Assembly: GCA_963796285.1 (NCBI GenBank)
Contig: CAWCKW010000001.1
Span: 32,001-96,000, forward strand
Length of the DNA: 64,000 nucleotides
Reading direction: 5' to 3'
From: Nitrospirota bacterium
GTDB lineage: Bacteria; Nitrospirota; UBA9217
Positions 10,713 to 22,749 of the stretch are shown here, in pieces (position 1 is the stretch's first letter; every line of letters begins with the position of its first letter). The translations under genes were made by a program, and so were the position numbers. The notes under the pieces are model-generated. The model was not told the origin of the DNA, did not search any database, and saw only the letters and a list, made by a program, of their open reading frames with translations.

Positions 10713-12277
10713 ATGCAAACTCCTTCACTCAGGCGAGAAGTCGCTCAGATGGTCATGCCCCGGCTCGACGGCGCGAAACTCGGTGATCCCCGGTACCTCG
10801 AGCATATCTATGCGCTCATTCAGGAAGGAATCGGCGGTTTCATCCTCTTTGGGGGAACGGTCGAGCATACCCCGCGGCAGCTGCAGGAACTCCAGGCCCT
10901 TGCCGGGATCCCGCTGTTGATCACCTCCGACGTGGAGCGCGGCCTCGGTCAGCAGCTTGCCGGAGGGACGCGCTTCCCCAGCCAGCGCGCCGTTGCGTCG
11001 GCCGTTAACCGCCGCATCGAAAAAAGACGTCGAACTGCTTGACAAGATGCTCGATGCCGTGCGGATCGAGACGCGAGCAGCGGGCATTCATGCCGTCTTC
11101 TCTCCGGTCGTCGACGTGAACAACAATCCCGACAATCCCATCATCTGCACCCGGTCCTTCGGCGATGAACCCGAGATCGTCGAATGGTTCGGTTCGCGGT
11201 ACATCTCACGGCTTCAGAAGTCACGCGGGACGCGGGACAGGCTGGATCTCCTGGCCTGCGCCAAACATTTTCCGGGGCATGGGGACACGGACCAGGACTC
11301 GCATTCCGTTCTGCCTGTGATCCACGCCTCCCGGACTCGGCTGAACCGCGTCGAGCTCCCGCCGTTCCGCGAGGCGGTGAAGGACGGAGTAGGCATGGTC
11401 ATGGCGGCGCACCTGCTCGTGCCGGCACTGGATCCGGAAAAACCTACGACGTTCTCGAAAAAGACGATTACCGCGCTTTTGCGGGAGGGCATGGAATTCG
11501 ACGGGCTGATCGTATCCGATGCCCTTGACATGGGCGCACTCGCACGCCACCTACACACCGGAAGACATCGCCGTCCGTGCCGTGAATGCCGGGATAGATA
11601 TCTTGCTTCACCCGCGTGACGCGAACGTGACCATCGACGCGATCGTGTCCGCCGTGGAGCAGGGCAGGCTGACCAGCCAGCGGATCAGTGAATCCGTCGG
11701 GCGGATCATGATTGCAAAAACGCGCCTGGGCCTGTTCGACACGTCCGCACGGAAGGCCGTCCGGATCGATTATCAGAAACATCGGCGCATTGCCCGGGAT
11801 ATCGGGAAAAAGGCGCTTCGGATTACTTTCGGAGAAAAAAAGTTGTCCCCCCTGCCTCATGACGGCGGAGTGGTATGCTTCATCCTTGATGACGATAACA
11901 ACAGGGAATCGGGAGATGTCTTCGTCCGCGCGATGAGAGAGCGATGCAAGCACCTCCTTGCCGTGGTCCTGACACCGGGCTCGGAAATACCGGAATCCCT
12001 GGTGCTTGACAGTGTCAGGGCCTCGGAGTTTGTGGTCATAGCGGTTTATTCCAGGATCTCCGCTTCGAAAGGGCATTCCGGGCTCGACGACACCCTCCGG
12101 GACATTACCGTTAAAATATTAAAGACCGTCAAGTCGGAAAAGGGGAAATCGATCATGATCTCCTTCGACAGCCCTTATCTTCTCGACCGTTTCAAGGACG
12201 CCGATGTGCGCATCGCGGCCTATGACCGGATGGATGAGATCCAGCAGGCCGCCGCGGAGCTGCTGGCCGGGAAGTAG
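10713..12277 (+). CDS. Glycoside hydrolase family 3 beta-N-acetylhexosaminidase (NagZ-like; two apparent frameshifts)
   Basis: SDVERG, PVVDVN, RSFG, KHFPGHGDTDQDSH, SDALDMGAL over three frames, breaks near 11020 and 11545. Confidence 0.85.
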
Positions 12278-12396
12278 AAAGGCAGGGTAAAGGGTACCGC
12301 AGTCGGAATCCCGGAGAGAGGCACGAGGACGGGAGCGGTGAGCAGCACGGGGTTACATGAGATGGCATTACCCTGTACTCCTGAACCCAATCCATC

Positions 12397-13038
12397 ATGA
12401 TGCATGTCATCCTCATTTTTATTCTCTTCGCGTTCATCCACAGCATAACCGTATCACGCTGGTTCAAGCTGGTATGCGTCAATGCTCTCGGTGAGATATT
12501 CATGCGGGCATGGTACCGCTTTCTGTACAACATCATAAGTATTGTTACTGTTCTCGTTGCGATCTATCTCATATCGAAGGTCCCTGATCGTGAGATCTGG
12601 ACCGCACCGCTGTGGCTGAAATGGGTGATGCATGGAATCCAGTTCGCTGGTCTTGCCTTCGGCGCCCTTGCATTCGAACATATGGACTCCGGAGAGTTCA
12701 TGGGGTTCAGGCAGGTCTGGCGCTATGTCACACAACGGAAAACGGCGGGAAACATCGAGGGGCTTACGGAGAAAGAACTGGTCAGGACCGGTGTCTACGG
12801 CATTGTGCGTCATCCCATGTATTTGGCAGGTTTGGTCATCTTCACCTTCAGTCCGATCATCACGGTCAACGGTCTGACCGTAACAGTCCTGGCGGACTTC
12901 TATTTCCTGTTCGGCGTATTCATTGAAGAGCGGCGGTTTCTGAGGTTGTTTGGGGACGAGTACCGGGAATATATGAGACAGGTGCCGAGGTTGATACCGA
13001 AAATGTTTTATCGCAGAGGACGTAGTGGAAGGCAATGA
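12397..13038 (+). CDS. Isoprenylcysteine carboxylmethyltransferase/nurim-like membrane protein
   Basis: LVRTGVYGIVRHPMY, EERRFLRLFGDEYREYMRQVPR. Confidence 0.85.
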   Translation: MMHVILIFILFAFIHSITVSRWFKLVCVNALGEIFMRAWYRFLYNIISIVTVLVAIYLISKVPDREIWTAPLWLKWVMHGIQFAGLAFGALAFEHMDSGEFMGFRQVWRYVTQRKTAGNIEGLTEKELVRTGVYGIVRHPMYLAGLVIFTFSPIITVNGLTVTVLADFYFLFGVFIEERRFLRLFGDEYREYMRQVPRLIPKMFYRRGRSGRQ

Positions 13039-13199
13039 GAATAAAAAGGAGAGCGACATTCTTCTTGATGGCTATTTTAATTTAATGGGATTGATGCATC
13101 ACCGTACATTGCCGCATATCGAGATCGAGCCGTCTGAAAAATGCGGGTTCCCGTGCCCCAGCACAGGCAGTGCCCCGTTCATGGTGATGAAAATATGCA

Positions 13200-13228
13200 T
13201 TGACAAGTTTGACGAGTCGTACTAGTAT
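13200..13228 (+). promoter_or_regulatory. Putative sigma70 promoter of PilZ gene
   Basis: TTGACA-17 nt-TAGTAT. Confidence 0.45.
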
Positions 13229-13268
13229 CGACCCGATATTGTAGTTTTTTTGGACATCAAGGTGAGAA

Positions 13269-13541
13269 ATGCCACATGTCACGACAAGAAAAGAGCCGCG
13301 CTATGATTACCCCTCAACAATCCAGTATGTTGTGGGGTCTCAAGCGGACGACGACGCGGGCCGCAAAGGGATTACCATTGACCTTAGCGCTACCGGCTTT
13401 TGCATGTATGTATTCGACCCTCTCCCGCAAGGGCAGAAGATCATCATCAAGACCGCCCTCCCTGTCGATTCCCGGGCAGCGGTGATCTGCTGGACCAGAA
13501 AAGAGAGCAGCTTGTACCGATCGGGTTTAAAGTTCATATAA
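13269..13541 (+). CDS. Stand-alone PilZ domain protein
   Basis: RKEPR (RxxxR) and DLSATG (DxSxxG), C-terminal GLKF. Confidence 0.8.
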   Translation: MPHVTTRKEPRYDYPSTIQYVVGSQADDDAGRKGITIDLSATGFCMYVFDPLPQGQKIIIKTALPVDSRAAVICWTRKESSLYRSGLKFI

Positions 13542-13603
13542 ATAACCACTCCCTGCATCCCTCCCGGCATTTCTGACCACTCTTTTTGTACCTTAATCTG
13601 CAC

Positions 13604-13659
13604 TTGACAATAACGGTATCCCTGGATATAATTAATTTAATGTTGAATAGTTTACTATT
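13604..13659 (+). promoter_or_regulatory. Consensus sigma70 promoter plus candidate MarR operator
   Basis: TTGACA(13604)-17 nt-TATAAT(13627); palindrome AATAGT-TT-ACTATT at 13646-13659. Confidence 0.7.
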
Positions 13660-13680
13660 TAGCTTAATGGATGTGAAGGT

Positions 13681-14151
13681 ATGAAAAGAACTCATTATAA
13701 GGGAACAAGGGACGAGGTAAGGTCGCTCGGCGCCTTTGTTAAGCTCGTGAGGGCAGCGGAATCTATCACGGCACGCATCCACCAGCACCTGATTGATGTG
13801 GGGTTGACTGTGAGCCAATTCGGCGTGCTTGAGGCGCTTTTTCACATCGGCCCGCTTAGCCAGGTGGAAATAGCAAAAAAGGTCCTCAAGAGCACCGGCA
13901 ACATTACCATGGTCATCGACAACCTGGAAAAGAGGGGTCTGGTTAAGCGGGAGCGGCATAGGGACGACCGCAGGTATTATATCGTGCAATTGACCGATGA
14001 GGGCAGGAAGCTGATCGGGAGCGTCTTTCCCCGTCATGCAGCGAAGATCGTGGAAGAGATGAAGGTCCTGAGCAGCGCCGAGCAGGAGACCCTTGGGAAT
14101 CTGTGTCGCAAACTCGGATTGCGGCAGCAGGGTGGAGAAAGAGGATTATAA
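13681..14151 (+). CDS. MarR family transcriptional regulator (MhqR-like)
   Basis: LTVSQFGVLEAL, STGNITMVIDNLEKRGLVKR, DDRR, LTDEG. Confidence 0.92.
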   Translation: MKRTHYKGTRDEVRSLGAFVKLVRAAESITARIHQHLIDVGLTVSQFGVLEALFHIGPLSQVEIAKKVLKSTGNITMVIDNLEKRGLVKRERHRDDRRYYIVQLTDEGRKLIGSVFPRHAAKIVEEMKVLSSAEQETLGNLCRKLGLRQQGGERGL

Positions 14152-14177
14152 TCTCTGATACTACAAAGGAGGAAGGA

Positions 14178-14402
14178 ATGAGTAAAAAATTGCCGATAAC
14201 AGCGGACTTGGAGCCGGGGACGTACTATTGGTGCAGCTGTGGCAAGTCAAAGAAGGAACCATTCTGCGACGGTTCACATCAGGGGACGACCTTTGTGCCG
14301 GTGGAATTTGTGATGAACAATAAAAAGAAGGTGTCGTTGTGCACCTGCCAGCGCACGAAAAAGGCGCCCTATTGCGACGGGACCCATGCAAAGGTCGACT
14401 GA
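14178..14402 (+). CDS. CDGSH iron-sulfur domain protein (two CDGSH motifs)
   Basis: WCSCGKSKKEPFCDGSH and LCTCQRTKKAPYCDGTH; AGGAGG RBS. Confidence 0.92.
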   Translation: MSKKLPITADLEPGTYYWCSCGKSKKEPFCDGSHQGTTFVPVEFVMNNKKKVSLCTCQRTKKAPYCDGTHAKVD

Positions 14403-14460
14403 TTGGTTTTGATGGCGTGGCGAAGTGAAGCAAATGGTTGTTGTAAACGAGGAGGCGCAT

Positions 14461-14910
14461 ATGTTTAAGAAACTGATTCAAACAAACGACGATGTGTCAG
14501 TGCTGGTTCTGAGGCTTATGCTCGGAATTGTGTTCTTTCCCCATGGGATGCAGAAGCTGTTCGGCTGGTTCGGCGGCTATGGATTTTCAGGAACGTTTGA
14601 GATGTTCACGACGAAAATGGCGATTCCTGCGGTCTTCGCTTTTTTGGCGATCATCGCTGAAGGACTGGGGCCCTTGGGCCTCATCACGGGCCTGCTGACC
14701 CGGGTGGCGGCCTTCGGGATCGCTGTTGAAATGGCGGTGGCCGTATATATGCTTCATTGGCAGAACGGGTTTTTCATGAACTGGTTCGGCAATCAGAAGG
14801 GCGAGGGGTATGAATTCCACCTTCTGGTCTTTGCCATTGCGATCGCGCTGATGATCAAGGGCGGCGGCAAGTGGTCCGTGGACAAAGCAATTGAAAACGG
14901 TTTGAAGTAA
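14461..14910 (+). CDS. DoxX family membrane protein
   Basis: LRLMLGIVFFPHGMQKLFGWFGG, GEGYEFHLL, GGGKWSVD. Confidence 0.92.
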   Translation: MFKKLIQTNDDVSVLVLRLMLGIVFFPHGMQKLFGWFGGYGFSGTFEMFTTKMAIPAVFAFLAIIAEGLGPLGLITGLLTRVAAFGIAVEMAVAVYMLHWQNGFFMNWFGNQKGEGYEFHLLVFAIAIALMIKGGGKWSVDKAIENGLK

Positions 14911-14935
14911 CTCACGACCAGGTGGGTTGAACAAA

Positions 14936-14970
14936 AACAAGGGGTCATCGATCTGATGACCCCTTGTTTT
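14936..14970. terminator. Bidirectional terminator between doxX and typA
   Basis: AACAAGGGGTCATC-GATCT-GATGACCCCTTGTT with A/T runs on both sides. Confidence 0.8.
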
Positions 14971-15008
14971 ATTGATTATCCATACTTGAAGCTGTTTCTG
15001 GAAGGAAC

Positions 15009-16829
<1,821 letters not shown>

Positions 16830-16855
16830 TTTTTTATCCTTTTTTTACCACGATG

Positions 16856-16983
16856 AGTACACCCTGCACTCGTTTATGGCCGCGTCCTCGCAAGAGCAGG
16901 CTACGGTTCCATACCCTGCATTCGCGGTTCCGCTCATAAACGCGGGCACAGGCTCGTAAACACTGGGCGCAGGCGAAGTACAC
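16856..16983. repeat. Structured palindromic element (MITE-like or cis-RNA) upstream of typA
   Basis: Bounded by AGTACAC direct repeats; nested stems CGTTTATG/CATAAACG, CCGCG/CGCGG, GCAGG/CCTGC and a CTC-GCAA-GAG tetraloop. Confidence 0.5.
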
Positions 16984-17298
16984 GAAGAAGTTCTTGGTGA
17001 CGGGGTTTTCGTGGGACGCAGTGGGTTCTTTGTAAGCTGGGCATAATACCTTGTTAGGACCTGCTTTGTCAATGGAATAATCATATCCAAGAGCTCTCTC
17101 ATGATGGAAAAGCGCGCTCCGGCAGGGTATAATAAGGATGTTGATGATCTCAAAGGACAGATTCAACCATCGAGCCACGGAGGGCGCGAAGAAAAATCCT
17201 TTTATCCGAAACAAGCGTAACTCCTTGACTCCGCTGCATACGTTGATTTTATTGAATACATCGCCATCCGGTTTCGAAACCACCGAGGGAGAACGCAT

Positions 17299-17757
17299 AT
17301 GAACAGCAATTGTATGACAATGTTGTTTCTGATGCCACTTTTGAGCTTTTCTGTGATTGGTTGTACGGGGGTGCGACCTGCCAACCTCGGCGTCAAAGAC
17401 GGAAAACTTGCGCCGTGTCCTTCCTCGCCCAATTGCGTATCGAGTCAGGGCAGTGATACGGCGCATGCCATTGAACCGCTGTCGTTCACGGGGACGGTCG
17501 CCGGGGCGCATGCTGCGCTCCGGACGATCATTCTCAGCATGAAGAGGTCCAAAATAATCACTGATACAGACAGCTATATTCGCGCCGAGTTCACGAGCGC
17601 GATCTTTCGATTTGTCGACGATGTGGAGTTCTGGTTCGATGGTAACGCGAAGGTCATCCACGTGCGATCGGCATCCCGCATCGGCCATTCCGATCTTGGA
17701 GTGAACCGCGAACGGGTGGAGGAGATCAGGGCGCGATGGAAAACGTCGGGGAGGTGA
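17299..17757 (+). CDS. DUF1499 family lipoprotein
   Basis: LAPCPSSPNCVSSQ, FRFVDDVEF, VRSASRIGHSDLGVNRERVE. Confidence 0.92.
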   Translation: MNSNCMTMLFLMPLLSFSVIGCTGVRPANLGVKDGKLAPCPSSPNCVSSQGSDTAHAIEPLSFTGTVAGAHAALRTIILSMKRSKIITDTDSYIRAEFTSAIFRFVDDVEFWFDGNAKVIHVRSASRIGHSDLGVNRERVEEIRARWKTSGR

Positions 17758-17761
17758 GCGC

Positions 17762-18460
17762 GTGATGGACCGTTTGCCCGCAGTCTCGCTCATCATTCCC
17801 GTATTGAACGAGGCAAAGAACATGAGCGAGATCATTCAGCATATCCGTGAATTGGATGCCGACGGCGCTGTGGAGATCATCGTTGTTGACGGCGATCCGG
17901 AGGGAAGCACCATCAAGACCATCAAGGATGAGGTCGTGCGCACAGTGCTCTCGCAGAAGGGACGCGCCCGTCAGATGAACCGCGGCGCGGCTCTCGCAAC
18001 CGGTGATATCCTTCTCTTTCTCCATGCCGACACGCTTCTGCCTTCGAACGCCTTTGGCCTGATCCGGACGGCGATGAACGACAAGGGCATTGTTGGCGGC
18101 GCATTCGATCTCGGGTTCAATACCCGGCGAAGAATATTCAGGATTACCGAGACGTACGTCTTTCTCCGGACCCGCCTGACAAAGATACCGTTCGGCGACC
18201 AGGCCATTTTCATCCGTCACCATCATTTCGAGCAGCTCGGCGGATACCGGGATGTCCCGGTCATGGAAGACGTGGAATTGATGAAGCGCATCAGAAAACG
18301 GGGAGACAGGATCCGCATTATCCCGGTGAAGGTGCGGACATCGGCGCGCCGGTATGAGCAGGAAGGGATCGTCTACACCACGATCAGGAACTGGATGCTG
18401 CAACTGCAGTATGCGCTGGGTGTGTCGCCTGAACGACTTGTACGATGGTATAAATCTTGA
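17762..18460 (+). CDS. GT2 glycosyltransferase, TIGR04283 family
   Basis: SLIIPVLNEA, GRARQMNRGA, FLHADT, PFGDQAIF, MEDVEL, TSARRY. Confidence 0.9.
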   Translation: MMDRLPAVSLIIPVLNEAKNMSEIIQHIRELDADGAVEIIVVDGDPEGSTIKTIKDEVVRTVLSQKGRARQMNRGAALATGDILLFLHADTLLPSNAFGLIRTAMNDKGIVGGAFDLGFNTRRRIFRITETYVFLRTRLTKIPFGDQAIFIRHHHFEQLGGYRDVPVMEDVELMKRIRKRGDRIRIIPVKVRTSARRYEQEGIVYTTIRNWMLQLQYALGVSPERLVRWYKS

Positions 18461-18518
18461 CAAGAGGCAAACCACGATTTCGCTCGAATCGCAGAAGATG
18501 ATACCTATCCTTGGGCAT

Positions 18519-19226
18519 ATGAGAGCATGGTCATGGACGCTTCTTCTGCTGGTTTGTCTTGTTGAAAGCCCCAACGCGCAGGAGAAGGCGGTCCTTTTCC
18601 ATGAGGACTTTGCAACCCTCGACAACTGGAAGCCCTTTTATTTCCCAAAAATAAAGAGGCACTCGGTTTATACAATTCAAAAAGATGGTGAGCGCCATTG
18701 CTTGAAGGCGGAAAGCAATGCCTCGGCCTCGGCGATCGTGTATAAAGATTCATTCAATGTATACGACTATCCTCGCGTGAGATGGCGCTGGAAGGTGAAC
18801 AATGTCTACGTAAAGGGTGATGCCAGGTCGAAGGCAGGCGACGATTACCCCATGCGTGTATATGTGATGTTCGAGTACGACCCTGACACGGCCGGAAGGT
18901 TCGAGAAGTTGAAGTATGGTCTTGCGAAAAAGATATACGGCGAGTACCCGCCCCATAGTAGTCTGAGCTATGTCTGGTCGAACAAGGAAGGGCCGGAGTC
19001 CATCATCGTCAGCCCATACACGGACAGGGCTATGATGGTCATTCTGCAGAGGGGCGTGAAGAATGTCGGCACGTGGCAGGAGCAGGAGATCGATATCGTG
19101 GAGGATTATCAAAAGGCCTTTGGCGTCAAACCGCCGCTTCGCGCGCGTATCGCGATCATGAATGATTCCGACAATACCGGTGAACGTTCGACATCTTTTA
19201 TGGAGTATATTGAGGTCTTCAGATAG
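18519..19226 (+). CDS. DUF3047 family secreted protein
   Basis: WRWKV, GDDYPMRVYV, LSYVWS, IAIMNDSDNTG; start approximate. Confidence 0.85.
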   Translation: MRAWSWTLLLLVCLVESPNAQEKAVLFHEDFATLDNWKPFYFPKIKRHSVYTIQKDGERHCLKAESNASASAIVYKDSFNVYDYPRVRWRWKVNNVYVKGDARSKAGDDYPMRVYVMFEYDPDTAGRFEKLKYGLAKKIYGEYPPHSSLSYVWSNKEGPESIIVSPYTDRAMMVILQRGVKNVGTWQEQEIDIVEDYQKAFGVKPPLRARIAIMNDSDNTGERSTSFMEYIEVFR

Positions 19227-19228
19227 CT

Positions 19229-19912
19229 GTGATGACTGACAAACGCTGTGTTATTCTATTTGTGAAATTTCCGGAAAAGGGAAGAGTGAAGTCCCGGCTT
19301 GCACATCATGTTGGCGAGGATGCTGCATTGAGCCTGTACGAGAACATGGTGCTCGATGCGATCGATATGTTGAAGAGGGGGCGTTTCCCGTTTCGGATCT
19401 GCTACACGCCGCCTGATGCGCGTGCCCAAATGACGGGATGGCTTGGGCAGGAGTATTACTACCTGTCTCAGACCGGCGACGATCTTGGTGACCGGATGGA
19501 CGAGGCCTTTGCCCGCGCCTTTTCTACGGTTGTGGAAGAGGCTCTCCTGATCGGCAGCGATATCCCGGGGTTGACCACCGGAATCATCGAGGAAGCGTTC
19601 GCCTCGCTCGTGACGAAAGATGCGGTCATCGGTCCGGCAGACGACGGAGGCTATTACCTGATCGGTTTTAGAAAAAATACGTTCACTCCCGGCATATTTC
19701 ATGATATGGTATGGAGCACGAGCACCGTTTGTCGCATTACAATGGACAGGCTGCATGACGCATCACGAAAGGTCCATATCTTGCCGGAATTGACGGATGT
19801 CGATACGGTCGAGGACCTGAAGACGCTCCTGTCTCAGGTCAAGGGCTCGGCGTCAGAACCATCGAGGACCCGATCCTTTCTCGAGCAGCATTGCCGGGGC
19901 AGCTTGACATAG
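19229..19912 (+). CDS. TIGR04282 family (DUF2064) CofC-like transferase
   Basis: FVKFPEKGRVKSRL, QTGDDLGDRM, LIGSDIP, GPADDGGYYLIG, DVDTVEDL. Confidence 0.9.
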   Translation: MMTDKRCVILFVKFPEKGRVKSRLAHHVGEDAALSLYENMVLDAIDMLKRGRFPFRICYTPPDARAQMTGWLGQEYYYLSQTGDDLGDRMDEAFARAFSTVVEEALLIGSDIPGLTTGIIEEAFASLVTKDAVIGPADDGGYYLIGFRKNTFTPGIFHDMVWSTSTVCRITMDRLHDASRKVHILPELTDVDTVEDLKTLLSQVKGSASEPSRTRSFLEQHCRGSLT

Positions 19913-19920
19913 ACAGCACG

Positions 19921-20685
19921 ATGGACATCAAACCGATCATTATCATAGCAGTTCTGGTCCTTATTTTTACGCTGGAAGAATTCATTCCTCATATGCTGGG
20001 ACGCAGACTGAGGATCAGGCATGCACTACCTCACGTACTGACCGCGGTCATAAACGGTCTCCTGACACGGTTTTTTATCGTCGGCATGACGATGCAGGTG
20101 ACCGGCTGGGCACAGACGTATTCGCTGGGGCTCGTGAGGATGGCGGAACTTCCCGCCGCGGCACGCTTGATCGTTGTGTTCCTTCTCTTCGATATCTGGA
20201 TGTATTACTGGCATATGGCGAACCACCGGTTCTCCTTTTTCTGGCGGTTCCACCGGGCGCACCATTCGGACATCGAGATGGACACAACCACAGCGCTCCG
20301 GTTCCATCCCGGAGAATTGCTTCTTTCCTCATTCATACGGCTTCCCGTTCTTATCTTGATCGGGATGAGCTTCGGCGAGCTGGTGCTCTTTGAGGTCATA
20401 CTGAACATCTCGACCCTGTTCCATCACAGCAATCTCGCCCTGCCCGAGGCAGGGGACCGCCTGCTTCGCGTCCTCATCGTGACACCGAACATGCATCGGG
20501 TGCACCACTCAGTTGAGCGCGATGAGACGGACTCTAACTATACCAGCATCCTCTCGCTCTGGGACCGGCTTGCCGGCACGTTCAGGATGCGTGAGGATAC
20601 ACGGACCATTACCCTGGGTTTGCCGTCCTACCGGGAAGAAAAGTATCAGCGTTTGTGGGGATTTCTGATCACGCCGCTCCAATAA
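19921..20685 (+). CDS. Sterol desaturase/fatty acid hydroxylase family protein
   Basis: His boxes YYWHMANH, FHRAHHSD, FHHSN, MHRVHHS. Confidence 0.9.
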   Translation: MDIKPIIIIAVLVLIFTLEEFIPHMLGRRLRIRHALPHVLTAVINGLLTRFFIVGMTMQVTGWAQTYSLGLVRMAELPAAARLIVVFLLFDIWMYYWHMANHRFSFFWRFHRAHHSDIEMDTTTALRFHPGELLLSSFIRLPVLILIGMSFGELVLFEVILNISTLFHHSNLALPEAGDRLLRVLIVTPNMHRVHHSVERDETDSNYTSILSLWDRLAGTFRMREDTRTITLGLPSYREEKYQRLWGFLITPLQ

Positions 20686-20725
20686 CCGACATCGTGGAAA
20701 AAGTCTGAAGGGTGCTAATACTCAG

Positions 20726-21371
20726 ATGGTCATGAACACTCAGAACAAAAAGATCGCCGAGATCATACGGAGGCTTAAAAAAGAGTATTCCGGCACACCT
20801 CAGACGGCGCTTCGTTATTCTACGCCGTTTGAGCTGCTTGTTGCCACGATCCTCTCGGCCCAGACCACGGATGTGCTCGTGAACAAGGTGACCGAGGGCC
20901 TGTTTAAAAAATACCGGTCAGTTCAGGATGTTGCGGACACCACGCCGGAAATACTCGCCCAGGACATCCGGTCCGTGAATTTCTTTAACACGAAGGCGAA
21001 GAACATCAACAATACCGCGAGGCTGCTTATCGAGAAATTCGGAGGCAGGGTCCCGCAGACCATGGAAGAGCTTGTCTCGCTGCCGGGTGTGGCTCGGAAA
21101 ACGGCGAACATCGTGTTGTCTTGCGCCTTCGGCATCAACGAAGGGATAGCCGTGGACACGCACGTGAAGCGGCTTGCCTATCGCCTTGGCCTGACGAAGC
21201 ACGACGACCCGGTGAAGATCGAACAGGACCTGCTTGCGATCACGCCAAAAGAAGAATGGGGGCATTTATCTCACCTGCTGATATTCCACGGCAGGAAGGT
21301 CTGCCAGGCGAAAAAGGCCGACCATACAGGCATGCGTCCTTGTTGATATCTGCCCGTCGAAGAATATATGA
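20726..21371 (+). CDS. nth: Endonuclease III (apparent frameshift in the C-terminal Fe-S motif)
   Basis: LLVATILSAQTTD, LPGVARKTAN, AVDTHVKR, HGRKVC; ACVLVDICPSKNI* continues in another frame. Confidence 0.92.
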
Positions 21372-21525
21372 GCCCGCGGAGCGGGGGAGTTTGAGCAATA
21401 TTTGCTGTTGTTTCCGGCCGTGCTTCTATGATATACTAATATATTCATTTACCTGGCAGCGCCCCATCGTCATTATACATCCTTCCTTCCTCGAATCGAT
21501 ATCCTTGCAGAGAGGGGCACACAGT

Positions 21526-22361
21526 ATGCGGTACTTTTCCCGACGGTTTTCATCCTTCCGGTTCTTGCTGGAACTGCGCTTCTGCTCATGGGAGCGGGAT
21601 ACCAGGTGGAAAGCTGTATAACCAGCAGCGTTACCAGCAGTGCGACGAACAGCACATCGAGCAGCGCGATCACAAGGGCGACGGGAAGCATAACGAGCAG
21701 AATGACGAACAGCCTGTCAAGCCGTGTGAGCAGCAGCGTCACGGTCAGAGTGACTAGTAAGGTGATCGCGACCCCAGTGACCCTCTCTCCCGCCGCTGAA
21801 GAACTTGCTAAAACCCTCAAGTTCGATCGAAGGGTCCTTCTTATAGCAAAAGAAGCGACAGCGGACCACATTGGAAGGCTGATCGGCTTCGATGAGGAGG
21901 GTTACCAGATCATCGCTCCCGGTATCGTTGTATCGGTGCCGGAAGACAAGACGGACCACATTCTTTCCTCGCTCCGTCGGCATCTGCTTCCGCTCAAGTA
22001 CACGCCTTTTGTTGTGGAAATGAACGCCGGCCTCAAGATCGAGAAGATCGGCATCCTGAAAGGCACGGACCAATACGAGATCCTGCGAATCATGCATACC
22101 AATGGTGATGACTACGATATCTCGAATCAGGATGTGATCGAGCGATTGAAAGAGTGGGAGACACATTCACCCTTTGACATCATAGGGGCGGACGGCGATT
22201 GGGTGGAGATCGAGTTCAAGATATTGCCAAAGGACCTGAAGGCTTTTGCCGAGGAAGTGTATGATTTCTGTCCCGATGCCGTGGATCAGGGGCCGGGGAG
22301 TATTGCCGAACTTGCGAAAGAAATTCAGAAGACGAAAAAACTGTTCTTGTGGTGGGATTGA
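21526..22361 (+). CDS. DUF4253 domain protein with Ser/Thr-rich linker (apparent frameshift near 21540)
   Basis: C-terminal YDFCPDAVDQG...LFLWWD; signal-like FPTVFILPVLAGTALLLMGAG upstream; GAGGGG RBS before ATG 21526. Confidence 0.75.
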
Positions 22362-22498
22362 CCGGTCAGCGCCGGGAGGATTTTTCGAGGTCCGTTGAAG
22401 ACAAAAAAGCAGGCGGTTTATGCCGCCTGCTTAAAGTTCCATCTACTGACAATAAAGCTTTTCTCCGCCCTGTATAATGAATTAGCGGTATAGGTGAA

Positions 22499-22749
22499 TT
22501 ACTTTGCTGCCGGTGCTGCTTCCGGTGCTGCTGCGGTGCTGCCGCTTCTTCCTTCTTCTTCATTTCTGCCTTCTTCGCAGCCTTTTTCTTTGCAGCCTTC
22601 TTCTTTGCAACCTTCTTTGCAGCCTTCTTTGCCGGGGCCTTCTCCGCTGTTGCTGTCGGAGCTGATGCCGGTGCCATCTCCTCTGCGAATGCTACGCCGA
22701 GGGTGAGGGCAAACGCCATTGCTGTGAAAATCGCGATAATCTTTTTCAT
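22499..22749 (-). CDS. Small periplasmic Ala/Lys-rich protein (apparent frameshift near 22535)
   Basis: GGAGGTG RBS; signal MKKIIAIFTAMAFALTLGVAFA; KKAAKK repeats; likely end AAAPEAAPAAK* in another frame. Confidence 0.75.

Noticed and set aside
13025-13225. 66-aa ORF with CGFPC
   Set aside because: Overlaps the upstream gene end and the PilZ promoter; no recognisable family or RBS
21341-21346. TGT-TGA at the end of the nth ORF as Cys-Sec
   Set aside because: The true C-terminus CVLVDICPS lies in another frame, so the TGA is out of frame
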